NCBI GenBank assembly: GCA_963725745.1
Contig: CAVRZS010000003.1
Coordinates: 428,260-492,259, forward strand
Direction: 5' to 3'
DNA from: an uncultured Chloroflexia bacterium
Lineage (GTDB): Bacteria > Chloroflexota > Limnocylindria > Limnocylindrales > CSP1-4
DNA length: 64,000 nt
The position numbers and the translations under genes are program-made. Below the pieces are notes generated by a model. That model did no database searches, was not told the origin of the DNA, and saw nothing but the letters and a program-made list of their open reading frames with translations. Below are positions 26,454 to 34,969 of this stretch, in pieces. Every line of letters begins with the position of its first letter. Position 1 is the first letter of the stretch.

Positions 26454-27367
26454 GGGCCGATGACGTCCTCCGTGAGATAGCGATCGAAGCTGGACCCCGT
26501 GATGCGCTCGAAGGCCTCGACATACCGCTGGCGTGTGCCGGCGATGACCGGCACCGGCAGCCCGGGGCCGGGTGGCGTCTTGTCCCAGCGCTCGTGTTCG
26601 AGCCAGTCGCGGACGTACTGCTTGTCGAAGCTCGGCTGCGCCTGGCCGGGCTTGTACGCGGCGGCCTCCCAGAAGCGGCTGGAGTCGGGGGTGAGCACCT
26701 CGTCGATGAGGAGCAGCTCGCCCGACGGCAGCACGCCGAACTCGAACTTGGTGTCGGCCAGGATGATCCCTGCGCGCTCGCACACGGCCGCGCCGTGGCG
26801 GTACAGCGCGAGCGACGCGTCGCGCACGCCGGCCGCGAGCTCGGGCCCGACGATCGTCTCCACGGTCTCGAACGGGATGCTCTCGTCGTGCTCGCCGAGC
26901 GGCGCCTTCGTCGTCGGGGTGAAGATCGGGCCCGGCAGCCGGTCGCTCTCGCGCAGCCCGAACGGGAGCCGGATCCCGCTGATCGCGCCGTCGTCGAGGT
27001 AGGCCTTCCAGGCCGAACCCGAGACATAGCCGCGGACGACGCACTCGATCGGGATCACCTCGGCCCGGCGCCCGATCATCATCCGGCCGCGCAGCATCCG
27101 CACCACGTCGGGGTCGTCACGGGTGATCTCGGCCGGCACGTCGGCAGGATCGGTCGACAGCAGGTGGTTGGGCACGATGTGCGCCGTCTGCGCGAACCAC
27201 CACCGGGACAGCCCGGTGAGCACGCGGCCCTTGTCCGGAATCCCCGTGGGCAGGACGACGTCGAACGCCGACAGCCGGTCCGACGCCACCAGCAGCAGGC
27301 GGTCGGGGCCGAGCTCGTACAGGTCCCGGACCTTGCCGGCGCGGACGAACGCCTCAGCGAGCCGCAC
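26450..27367 (-). CDS. purC: SAICAR synthetase
   Basis: GTG at 27367, a 14-nt overlap with the purB end. GKVRDLYELGPDRLLLVASDRLSAFDVVL...GSAWKAY...ILADTKFEFG...LIDEVLTPDSSRFW. Confidence 0.92.
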   Translation of the reverse strand: MRLAEAFVRAGKVRDLYELGPDRLLLVASDRLSAFDVVLPTGIPDKGRVLTGLSRWWFAQTAHIVPNHLLSTDPADVPAEITRDDPDVVRMLRGRMMIGRRAEVIPIECVVRGYVSGSAWKAYLDDGAISGIRLPFGLRESDRLPGPIFTPTTKAPLGEHDESIPFETVETIVGPELAAGVRDASLALYRHGAAVCERAGIILADTKFEFGVLPSGELLLIDEVLTPDSSRFWEAAAYKPGQAQPSFDKQYVRDWLEHERWDKTPPGPGLPVPVIAGTRQRYVEAFERITGSSFDRYLTEDVIGP

Positions 27368-28674
27368 GGGCGACCTCCAGGCGATCGAGGCGGGCGATGA
27401 CCTCGGGCACGTGGCGCAGCAGCGTCGAGTCGTCGAAGCAGGCGTCGAGATCGGCCAGCGGCAGCTTCTGGGCCACGACGGGGTCGGTCGCGAGCAGGCG
27501 CTGGAGCGGCACCCGCTCGTCGGCGGCCTTGAGGGCGTTGCGCTGGACGATCCCGTAGGCGTCCTCGCGTGACAGGCCGCCGCGCTCGACCAGCGCGAGC
27601 AGGACGCGCGACGAGGCGTGGAGCCCGAGGCCGCGCTCGATGTTCTCGCGCATCCGCTCGGGCCGGACGACGAGGCCCTCGACCAGGCCTGTCGCGCGGA
27701 CCAGCATGTAGTCGAGCAGGATCGTGGCGTCGGGCAGCGCGACGCGCTCCGCGGAGCTGTGGCTGATGTCCCGCTCGTGCCACAGCGGCTGGTTCTCGAG
27801 GCCGGTCTGCGCGTAGCCGCGCAGGAGCCTCGCGAGGCCTGCGATCCGCTCGGACAGGATCGGGTTGCGCTTGTGGGGCATCGCCGAGCTGCCCTTCTGG
27901 CCCGACTTGAACGGCTCCATGACCTCCGCGATCTCGGTGTGCTGGAGGTTGCGGACCTCGGTCGCGAGGCGCTCGAGCGAACCGCCCAGGATCGCGATCG
28001 CGCGTCAGGAAGGCCGCGTGGCGATCGCGCTGGACGACCTGGGTGCTCACGGGATCGACCCGCAGGCCGAGCTCGCCGAGCACCTCGGCCTCGATGTCGG
28101 GCGCCAGGTGGCTGTACGTCCCGACCGGGCCGCTGATCTTGCCCGTCCCGATCTCGGCCGTCGCCTCGGCCAGCCGGGTGCGGCCGCGCGCGACCTCGAA
28201 CGCCCAGCCGGCGCACTTGAGCCCGAACGTGGTGGGCTCGGCGTGCACGGAGTGGGTGCGGCCCATCATCACCGTCCGGGCCTCGGACCGCGCGCGGGCG
28301 ACGAGGGCCGCCGTGAGCCGGTCGGCATCGTCGAGGAGGCGGCCGCCGGCCGCCTTGAGCTGGAGCGCGAGCGCCGTGTCGACGACGTCGCTGCTGGTCA
28401 GCCCGAGGTGCAGGTAGCGGCCGTCCGGACCCACCGTCTCGGCGACCTGCGACACGAAGGCGATCACGTCGTGGTCGGTCGTGCGCTCGATCTCCGCGAT
28501 GCGGGCGACGTCGACGTGCGCCTTCGACTCGATCGCCGCCAGCGCCTCCGCGGGCACCAGGCCACGGCCGACCTGGGCGCGACAGACCGCGATCTCGACC
28601 TCGAGCATCCGCTCGAACCGGGCTTGCTCCGTCCACAGGGCGCCCATCTCGGGCAGCGTGTAGCGCGGGATCAT
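27354..28674 (-). CDS. purB: Adenylosuccinate lyase; 1-nt insertion frame shift near 28000-28008
   Basis: MIPRYTLPEMGALWTEQARFERMLEVE...GLTSSDVVDTA...GRTHSVHAEP...QVVQRDRHAAFL | (A)IAILGGSLERLATEVRNLQHTEIAEVMEPFKSGQKGSSAMPHKRNP...LWHERDISHSS. The halves are in ORFs 27079..28674 and 27354..27920. The span is 1321 nt = 3n+1. Confidence 0.9.
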
Positions 28675-29999
28675 GCCCGCGCCCCCGCGGGGACCGGCAG
28701 GTCGGCGGCGATGTCACCGCGGCGCTGCATGCCGGCCCAGGCGATCGCGTCGGCCGCGCGCTCGGCGGCCTCGCGCGCAGTCATGAGGTCCGGGCCGCGC
28801 CCGACCACTGTCAGCACGCGCCCGCCGTTGGTCCCGAACGTGCCGTCCGGCCGGCCGAAGGTGCCGGCGTGGAACACGAGGGCGCCCTGCTCTGCCGCGG
28901 TTTCCAGCCCGCGGATCGGGTCGCCCCGCCGCGGATCGCCGGGGTAGCCCTTCGCCGCCAGCACGATCCCGACCGCGGCGTCCGGCAGCTCGGGGATGCG
29001 GGCCGGGACGTCATCCGGCAGCCGGCCACGCGCGGCGGCGAGCAGCAGCGGTCCGAGGGAACCCGCGACGCGCGGCAGGATGACCTGGGCCTCGGGGTCG
29101 CCGAGGCGGACGTTGCACTCGAGGAGCACCGGGCCATCGGCGGTGAGCATCAGGCCCGCGTACAGGAAGCCGCGGAACGGCGACCCGCGCCGGGCCATCT
29201 GGGCCAGGATCGGCAGGTGCACCGTCTCGAGGACGCGCTCGACCGCCTCCTCGTCGAGGTCGGGCAGCGGCGAGTAGGCGCCCATGCCACCGGTGTTGGG
29301 GCCCAGGTCGCCGTCGCACAGCCGCTTGTGGTCGCGGGCCGCCGGCAGGGCGATCGCCCGCGTCCCGTCGCACACGGCGATGACGCTCGCCTCGCGACCG
29401 TCGAGCCGCTCCTCGATGACCAGCGCCGGTTCGCCGGCAGGGCGCCCGGCGAGGAACGACGGCGCGAGCTCGATCGCCTGCTCGATCGACTCGGTGACGA
29501 TCACGCCCTTGCCCCCGGCGAGCCCGTCGGCCTTGAGGACGGCGCCTGCGCCCGCGGCCGCGAGCTCGCGCATGAAGGCCGTTGCCGCGCCGGCGTCGCC
29601 GGGCCGGAACGCGCGCGACCGCGGCGTGCGGACGCCGGCGGCAGCCGCGACCTCGTGGCAGAACGCCTTCGAGGTCTCCAGACGCGCGGCTTCGCGGTCG
29701 GGCCCGAAGACGGCGATGCCGGCGGCCCGCAGCGCGTCGGCGACCCCGACCGCCAGCGGCGCTTCGGGACCCACGACGACCAGCTCGGACGCGTGCGCCC
29801 GGGCCAGCGCGACCGCCGCCGCCGGGTCGAGCGGATCGAGCCCGGTCACGCGGACGTGCGGCTCAGCGACGATCCCGGCGCTCCCCGGCGCCACCAGGAC
29901 CTCGTTCACGCCCGGCTCGCGCCCGAGCTTCCAGGCGAGCGCGTGCTCGCGCCCGCCACCGCCGACGACGAGGATCCGGGTGGGCATCACGAGCGTCAT
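28671..29999 (-). CDS. purD: Phosphoribosylamine--glycine ligase
   Basis: 442 aa: ILVVGGGGREHALAWKL...ATP-grasp blocks...NVRLGDPE. The stop overlaps the purB ATG (ATGA). Confidence 0.95.
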   Translation of the reverse strand: MTLVMPTRILVVGGGGREHALAWKLGREPGVNEVLVAPGSAGIVAEPHVRVTGLDPLDPAAAVALARAHASELVVVGPEAPLAVGVADALRAAGIAVFGPDREAARLETSKAFCHEVAAAAGVRTPRSRAFRPGDAGAATAFMRELAAAGAGAVLKADGLAGGKGVIVTESIEQAIELAPSFLAGRPAGEPALVIEERLDGREASVIAVCDGTRAIALPAARDHKRLCDGDLGPNTGGMGAYSPLPDLDEEAVERVLETVHLPILAQMARRGSPFRGFLYAGLMLTADGPVLLECNVRLGDPEAQVILPRVAGSLGPLLLAAARGRLPDDVPARIPELPDAAVGIVLAAKGYPGDPRRGDPIRGLETAAEQGALVFHAGTFGRPDGTFGTNGGRVLTVVGRGPDLMTAREAAERAADAIAWAGMQRRGDIAADLPVPAGARA

Positions 30000-30017
30000 C
30001 GGGCAGGGCTCATCGGC

Positions 30018-31325
30018 TCAGGCGCCCGGCGTCGGGCGATGGCGCTTCGGCCGCCAGGCCCGCTCGATGGTCTGGGTCCGCTCGGGTCCGACCGACACGA
30101 ACACGATCGGCACCCCGGCGTGCTCCTCGAGCGCCGACACGTAGCGGCGCGCGGTCTCGGGCAGGTCGGCGAGGCTGCGGACGTCGTGGATCGGCTGCTC
30201 CCAGCCTTCGAACGCCTCGTAGATCGGGGTCGCGCGGGACAGCGCCGAGCCGCTCGACGGCCAGACGTCGACCCGCCGGCCGTCGATCTCGTAGGCCACG
30301 CACAGCCGGATGGTCTCGATGCCCGACAGGATGTCGAGCTTGTTGAGCACGACCGCGGTGTTGGAGTTCACGGCGACCGCGTAGCGCATCGGGACGGCGT
30401 CGAACCAGCCCACCCGGCGCGGCCGGCCGGTCACGGTGCCGAACTCGCGGCCTCGCTCGGCGATGCCCTTGCCCGTGTCGTCGAACAGCTCGGTCGGAAA
30501 CGGCCCCGACCCCACCCGCGTCGAGTAGGCCTTCATCACGCCGATGACCTCGTCGACCTGCAGCGGCCCGATCCCGCCGCCCGTGCACGCGCCGCCGGCG
30601 ACCGGATTGGACGAGGTGACGTACGGGTAGCTGCCGTGGTCGAGGTCGAGCAGGGTCCCCTGGGCGCCCTCGAGCAGCACGTGATCGCCCCGCCGCAGGG
30701 CGTCCTGGACGAGCCAGGTCGTGTCGTCGAGGTGCGGGGCGAGTCGCTCGCCCCAGCCGGCCGCGAGGTCCACGAGCGCGTTGACGGTGAAGCCCGGCGC
30801 GCCCATGGCGTCGAGCAGGAGGTTCTTGTCGGGCAGCGCCCGGCCGATGCGCTCGCGCAGGATCTCGCGGTCGCACAGGTCCTCCATGCGCAGCCCGAGG
30901 CGCCAGGCGCGGTCGCCGTACGCGGGTCCGATGCCGCGGCCCGTGGTCCCGACCTTGGCGCCGCCGAGCCGGCTCTCGTTCGCCTTATCGAGGGCGACGT
31001 GGTAGGGCATGATCACGTGCGCGCTGCGGCTGACCCGGACCTTCGCGACGTCGATGCCCTTCGCCGCGAGCATGTCCAGCTCCGCGATCAGCGTGGCCGG
31101 GTTGACGACGACGCCGTTGCCGATCACCGACGTGATGTGCGGGTACATGACGCCCGACGGGCACAGCTGGAGCTTGACCGTCTCGTCGCCCACGACCACG
31201 GTGTGCCCCGCGTTGTCGCCGCCCTGGTAGCGGACGACGACGGCGACGTGCTCGGCCAGGAAGTCGGTGGTCTTGCCCTTGCCCTCGTCGCCCCACTGGA
31301 GGCCGACGATCACCGTCGCGGGCAT
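30018..31325 (-). CDS. purA: Adenylosuccinate synthetase
   Basis: ATG at 31325: MPATVIVGLQWGDEGKGKTTDFL...GGDNAGHT...TTGRGIGPAY...GTTGRPRR.GWFD. The longer tracked ORF is upstream read-through. Confidence 0.95.
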   Translation of the reverse strand: MPATVIVGLQWGDEGKGKTTDFLAEHVAVVVRYQGGDNAGHTVVVGDETVKLQLCPSGVMYPHITSVIGNGVVVNPATLIAELDMLAAKGIDVAKVRVSRSAHVIMPYHVALDKANESRLGGAKVGTTGRGIGPAYGDRAWRLGLRMEDLCDREILRERIGRALPDKNLLLDAMGAPGFTVNALVDLAAGWGERLAPHLDDTTWLVQDALRRGDHVLLEGAQGTLLDLDHGSYPYVTSSNPVAGGACTGGGIGPLQVDEVIGVMKAYSTRVGSGPFPTELFDDTGKGIAERGREFGTVTGRPRRVGWFDAVPMRYAVAVNSNTAVVLNKLDILSGIETIRLCVAYEIDGRRVDVWPSSGSALSRATPIYEAFEGWEQPIHDVRSLADLPETARRYVSALEEHAGVPIVFVSVGPERTQTIERAWRPKRHRPTPGA

Positions 31326-31340
31326 CAGCGGCGACCGGAC

Positions 31341-31367
31341 ACGAAAGAACCCCGGTCGGTGCCGGGG
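31341..31367 (-). terminator. Intrinsic-terminator-like hairpin inside the purA leader (candidate attenuator)
   Basis: The minus strand reads CCCCGG-CACCGA-CCGGGG followed by TTCTTTCGTG. It ends about 16 nt before the purA ATG, with no obvious SD in between. Confidence 0.45.
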
Positions 31368-31860
31368 TCCTGGATACACGTCTCCCGCGACAGCCCGCGG
31401 GCGTTCCGACGGGCCGGGGGATCGAAGGTGGGAGCCCGTCTCACGGGGCGGACGCCGCGCCTCCCTCGGGCAATGGTGATCTCCTCCATCGCGGGACTGG
31501 CCCCGCGGGGCCTCGAGGACAGCGCCGAGTATAGCGAACGCGGTGCTCGCGCCGCAGGGTGCTGACCGCGCCCGAGCAGCCGCGCCGGGCGACACGTCGA
31601 TGACGTCGCGGGGCTTCCCCAGCGCCCATCCGGCTCACGATCGACATGGAAGGAGGCGGGCCCGACGTCGCCGATGTGGACGTCGCCGGGCCCGATCGGC
31701 AGGTCACCCCCTGCGCACGCAGATGGGCGGGCTGCCATCGCAGCAACCACCCGATTGGAGGAAGACGAGCTGCCCGGGCTCGGCCGCGAGACGCTCGATT
31801 ACCTCGAGCGCCTCGGGCGTGGCCCGGACGCGGTCGTCCCCCATCGGGGTCGGCCCTGCC

Positions 31861-33402
31861 TCAGAAGAACCCCTGGGCCTTGGGGTCGTAGCTCACGAAC
31901 AGGTTCTTGGTCTGGGTGTAGTGGTCGAGCATCATCTTGTGGGTCTCGCGACCGACGCCGGAGGCCTTGTAGCCACCGAACGGGGCGCCCGCGGGATACA
32001 TGTGGTAGCAGTTCGTCCAGACGCGACCGGCCTTGATGGCCTTGCCCATCCGGAACGCCCGGTTCATGTCGCGGCTCCAGACGCCGGCCCCGAGGCCGTA
32101 CATCGTGTCGTTGGCGATCTCCAGGGCCTCGGCCTCGTCCTTGAACGTGGTCACGGCCAGGACGGGCCCGAAGATCTCCTCCTGGAAGATCCGCATCTTG
32201 TTGTGGCCCTTGAGGACCGTCGGCTCGAAGTAGTAGCCATCGGCGAGCTCGCCCGGGAGCACGTTTCGATGTCCACCGATCAGGAGCTCGGCACCCTCGT
32301 CGAGGCCGATCTTCACGTAGCGCGTGATCTTCTCGAGCTGCGCGGTGGAGACCTGCGCGCCGAGCGTCGTGTGGATGTCGAGCGGGTGGCCCTGCTGGAT
32401 CTTCTCGATCCGGCCGAGGCAGCGCTCGATGAACGGCTCATAGATGGACTCCTGGATGAGCGCACGTGACGGACACGTGCAGACCTCACCCTTGTTGAAC
32501 GCGTACAGGACGAGCCCTTCGATCGCCTTGTCGAAGAATTCATCGTCGCTGGTCAGGATGTCCTCGAAGAAGATGTTCGGGGACTTGCCGCCGAGCTCGG
32601 TGGTCGAGGGGATCAGGTTCTGTGCCGCGTACCCCATGATCATCCGGCCCGTGGCCGTCTCGCCGGTGAACGCGACCTTCGCGATGCGCTTGCTCGAGGC
32701 GAGGGCCATCCCCACCTCCGCGCCGGGGCCGTTGACGACGTTGATGACGCCGGCCGGGACGATGGGCTCGATGAGCTCCATCAGCTTCAGGATCGACCAC
32801 GGGGTCGGGCTGGCCGGCTTGACGACCGTCACGTTGCCGGCTGCGATCGCCGGGGCGATCTTCCACGCCGCCATGAGGAGCGGGAAGTTGAACGGGATGA
32901 TCTGGCCGACGACGCCGAGCGGCTCGCGGAACTGGTACGCGATCGTGTCCTTGTCGATCTCGGAGATCGATCCTTCCTCGCCGCGGATCACGCTGCCGAA
33001 GTAGCGGAAGTGGTCGGAGGCGAGCGGCAGGTCGACGGCCAGCGTCTCGCGGACCGGCTTGCCGTTGTCCCAGCTCTCCGCGACCGAGAGCATCTCCCGG
33101 TTGGCGTCGATGACGTCGGCGACCGCGTTGAGAACCCTCGATCGCTCGGCCGTCGATGTCTCGGCCCAGGCGTCCTTCGCCTTGTGCGCTGCGTCGAGGG
33201 CGAGCTCGACGTCATCGCCGGTCGAGCGCGGCACCTCGGTGATCGGCTTGCCCGTCGCCGGGGTCAGGTCAACCTGATAGCCACCCTTCACCGGCGCGAC
33301 CCAGCGCCCGCCGATGAAGTTGTCGTATCGCTCCTTGAGCGGAACGGGGCTCCCGGACATCCCGGGCGGTGCATAGGTGAACTCCTTGTCGAGAACGGCC
33401 AC
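31861..33402 (-). CDS. NAD(P)-dependent aldehyde dehydrogenase (~513 aa)
   Basis: GTG at 33402, preceded by AAGGAGG (33407-33413). [14 protein letters not shown]...FIGGRWV...WDNGKP...FTGETATG...ELGGKSP...EEIFGPV...YGLGAGVWS. The tracked 749-aa ORF upstream part is non-coding repeat read-through. Confidence 0.9.
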   Translation of the reverse strand: MAVLDKEFTYAPPGMSGSPVPLKERYDNFIGGRWVAPVKGGYQVDLTPATGKPITEVPRSTGDDVELALDAAHKAKDAWAETSTAERSRVLNAVADVIDANREMLSVAESWDNGKPVRETLAVDLPLASDHFRYFGSVIRGEEGSISEIDKDTIAYQFREPLGVVGQIIPFNFPLLMAAWKIAPAIAAGNVTVVKPASPTPWSILKLMELIEPIVPAGVINVVNGPGAEVGMALASSKRIAKVAFTGETATGRMIMGYAAQNLIPSTTELGGKSPNIFFEDILTSDDEFFDKAIEGLVLYAFNKGEVCTCPSRALIQESIYEPFIERCLGRIEKIQQGHPLDIHTTLGAQVSTAQLEKITRYVKIGLDEGAELLIGGHRNVLPGELADGYYFEPTVLKGHNKMRIFQEEIFGPVLAVTTFKDEAEALEIANDTMYGLGAGVWSRDMNRAFRMGKAIKAGRVWTNCYHMYPAGAPFGGYKASGVGRETHKMMLDHYTQTKNLFVSYDPKAQGFF

Positions 33403-33610
33403 GGTGCCTCCTTGTCCCATTCGGGACGGGCGCCAGTGTCTGGCGCCAGGGCTTGGTCCGGGGGACTCCCGGCCCACCATGTGGGTTACACCGGCGGGAT
33501 CCCGGATGCCTAGAGGACGACGGCCTGAAAGCGGTCCGGCCGTCGGCCACGACGCTCGGGGTACGCGCCTGCTCGGCGGCGCGCCGTCGGGGATGTGCCA
33601 GGCTCCGCGC

Positions 33611-34110
33611 GACGTGCGCCGGGCGACCAACGCGGCGCCGCCGCCACGGGATGCGCGCCCGGCGACCATCCGCGGTTGCCGCCGCCACGGCTGCGCGCCC
33701 GGCGACCACTCCAGCGGTTCTTCCGCTGGTTCGCACGCCCGGCGACCAGATCGCCGGTTTCGGGGCACAGAACCGGCACCTTGCACGCCCGGCGACCCGA
33801 ACAGCCGGTTCGCCCGCTGCAGTGAACGCCGGGCGACCAACGCGGTCGTCGCGGCCGCGGCTGTGCGCCCGGTCCAGCCGCTGGCGATCCCGGTCCTGCC
33901 CGCTGCGCTTTCGACGCGCGCTCGCGCTGATCCCGGTCTCCCGCCCGGCGCGCGCCCGCTGCGCGCCCAGCGTTCACTGCAGCCGTTCATCCGCTGGATC
34001 GCACGGTGGCGGCGCCCAGATTGCCGGTTTCCAGGCGCAGAACCGCCAGGCTGAACGCTGGGCGCCCAGATCAGCCGCTTCACCCGCTGCAGTGAACGCT
34101 CGGCGACCAT
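33611..34110. repeat. Array of degenerate ~40-nt GC-rich repeats with core GCGCCCGGCGACCA plus short hairpins; includes a ~130-nt segment duplicated 270 nt apart and an inverted CTGCAGTGAACG copy
   Basis: Core copies start near 33615, 33652, 33692, 33734, 33782, 33823, 33862, 34007, 34052 and 34092. Hairpins include CCAGCGG-ttctt-CCGCTGG (33710-33728) and GCCGGTT-N11-AACCGGC (33753-33777). GCTGCAGTGAACGC occurs at about 33816 and 34086, and its reverse complement at about 33970. Confidence 0.6.
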
Positions 34111-34340
34111 CTGGGACCGAAACGACGCGGATAAGTGGCGGTGAAGCGCATGCCGCTAGGGTGGGTCCTGCCCGTCGATACATGCCGGCCCCGCCGACCC
34201 GTCGCCCCGCCGAGGCCCGACCGCCGGGGCCGGCAACCCACCCGCCCGCCGAATGTCGATGCCCGCCGCAACGCTGGATCGGCCGCCCGAAGCCGCGCAG
34301 CAAAGCGCGGTGCGGACCGATCGGAAGGAGACATGGACCG

Positions 34341-34832
34341 ATGAACAGGGTCCTCATCACCGGGCGCCTGACGCGCGACCCGGAGCTGCGAACCACCGCG
34401 GGAGGCAAGGCGGTCGCGCAGTTCTCGGTCGCGAGCCACGAGTACGTCTCGGGCAAGGAGAAATCGGAGTTCCACAACATCGTGTCCTGGGACCGGCTGG
34501 CCGAGACGTGCGGCCGCTACCTGGGCAAGGGGCAGCTGGTCGCGATCGAGGGCCGGATCCAGACCCGCTCATGGGACGACGACAAGAGCGTGCGCCACTG
34601 GAAGACGGAGATCGTCGCCAGCAGCGTCGAGATGCTCTCGGGCCGGCGCAAGAAGGACTATGCCGCCGAGACCGCGGCAACGGCCCTCGAGGCACAGGCG
34701 GCCGCCGAAGGGTTCGCGCCCGATGCGGCCGAGCCCGTCGCCGACGACGCAGGGTTCAGCGTGGACCCGGGCGGCGACGACGAGGAGGACGAAGAGGACG
34801 AGCTCCTCGAGGAGGCCGCCGCGGCCGCCTGA
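34341..34832 (+). CDS. ssb: Single-stranded DNA-binding protein paralogue (acidic tail without the canonical D-D-D-I/L-P-F tip)
   Basis: ATG 34341 after GGAAGGAG. MNRVLITGRLTRDPELRTTAGGKAVAQFSVAS...FHNIVSWDRLAETCGRYLGKGQLVAIEGRIQTRSWDD...WKTEIVASSVEML; the tail ends DDEEDEEDELLEEAAAAA. Confidence 0.85.
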   Translation: MNRVLITGRLTRDPELRTTAGGKAVAQFSVASHEYVSGKEKSEFHNIVSWDRLAETCGRYLGKGQLVAIEGRIQTRSWDDDKSVRHWKTEIVASSVEMLSGRRKKDYAAETAATALEAQAAAEGFAPDAAEPVADDAGFSVDPGGDDEEDEEDELLEEAAAAA

Positions 34833-34903
34833 CCGATCACTCCTCCTCCCGGCGACGGCGCGGCTCCCCCTCCCGCGTCGTCGCCGCATCGTCCCCAACG
34901 CGA

Positions 34904-34935
34904 ACGGCCCCGCCGGGTCTGTCCGGCGGGGCCGT
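34904..34935. terminator. Perfect 13-bp GC hairpin between convergent ssb and the beta-helix gene (candidate bidirectional terminator)
   Basis: ACGGCCCCGCCGG-gtctgt-CCGGCGGGGCCGT. There is no clear U-tract. Confidence 0.5.
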
Positions 34936-34969
34936 GGGTGCGGGTTCGCTGAACCGCTGCGGCGTCAGG

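Noticed and set aside
31326-31545. Known purine, ZTP (pfl) or PRPP riboswitch in the purA leader
   Set aside because: The characteristic cores, for example CCGCCUGGGC for ZTP or the U-rich three-way junction of the purine aptamer, are not visible. I report only the generic terminator/leader structure.
31474-31891. Small plus-strand ORFs in the purA-aldH intergenic region (MVISSIAGLAPRGLEDSAEYSERGARAAGC; MEGGGPDVADVDVAGPDRQV...; ...EEDELPGLGRETLDYLERLGRGPDAVV)
   Set aside because: They are short, lack an SD and match no recognisable family, and frames change between the plausible-looking stretches. The evidence is insufficient to call a gene.
33611-34110. Possible CRISPR array (regularly spaced ~40-nt units)
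   Set aside because: The repeat cores are only ~14-17 nt and degenerate. The would-be spacers are ~20-30 nt and are themselves related to each other. No cas genes are in the window. The block structure is duplicated and inverted rather than repeat-spacer.
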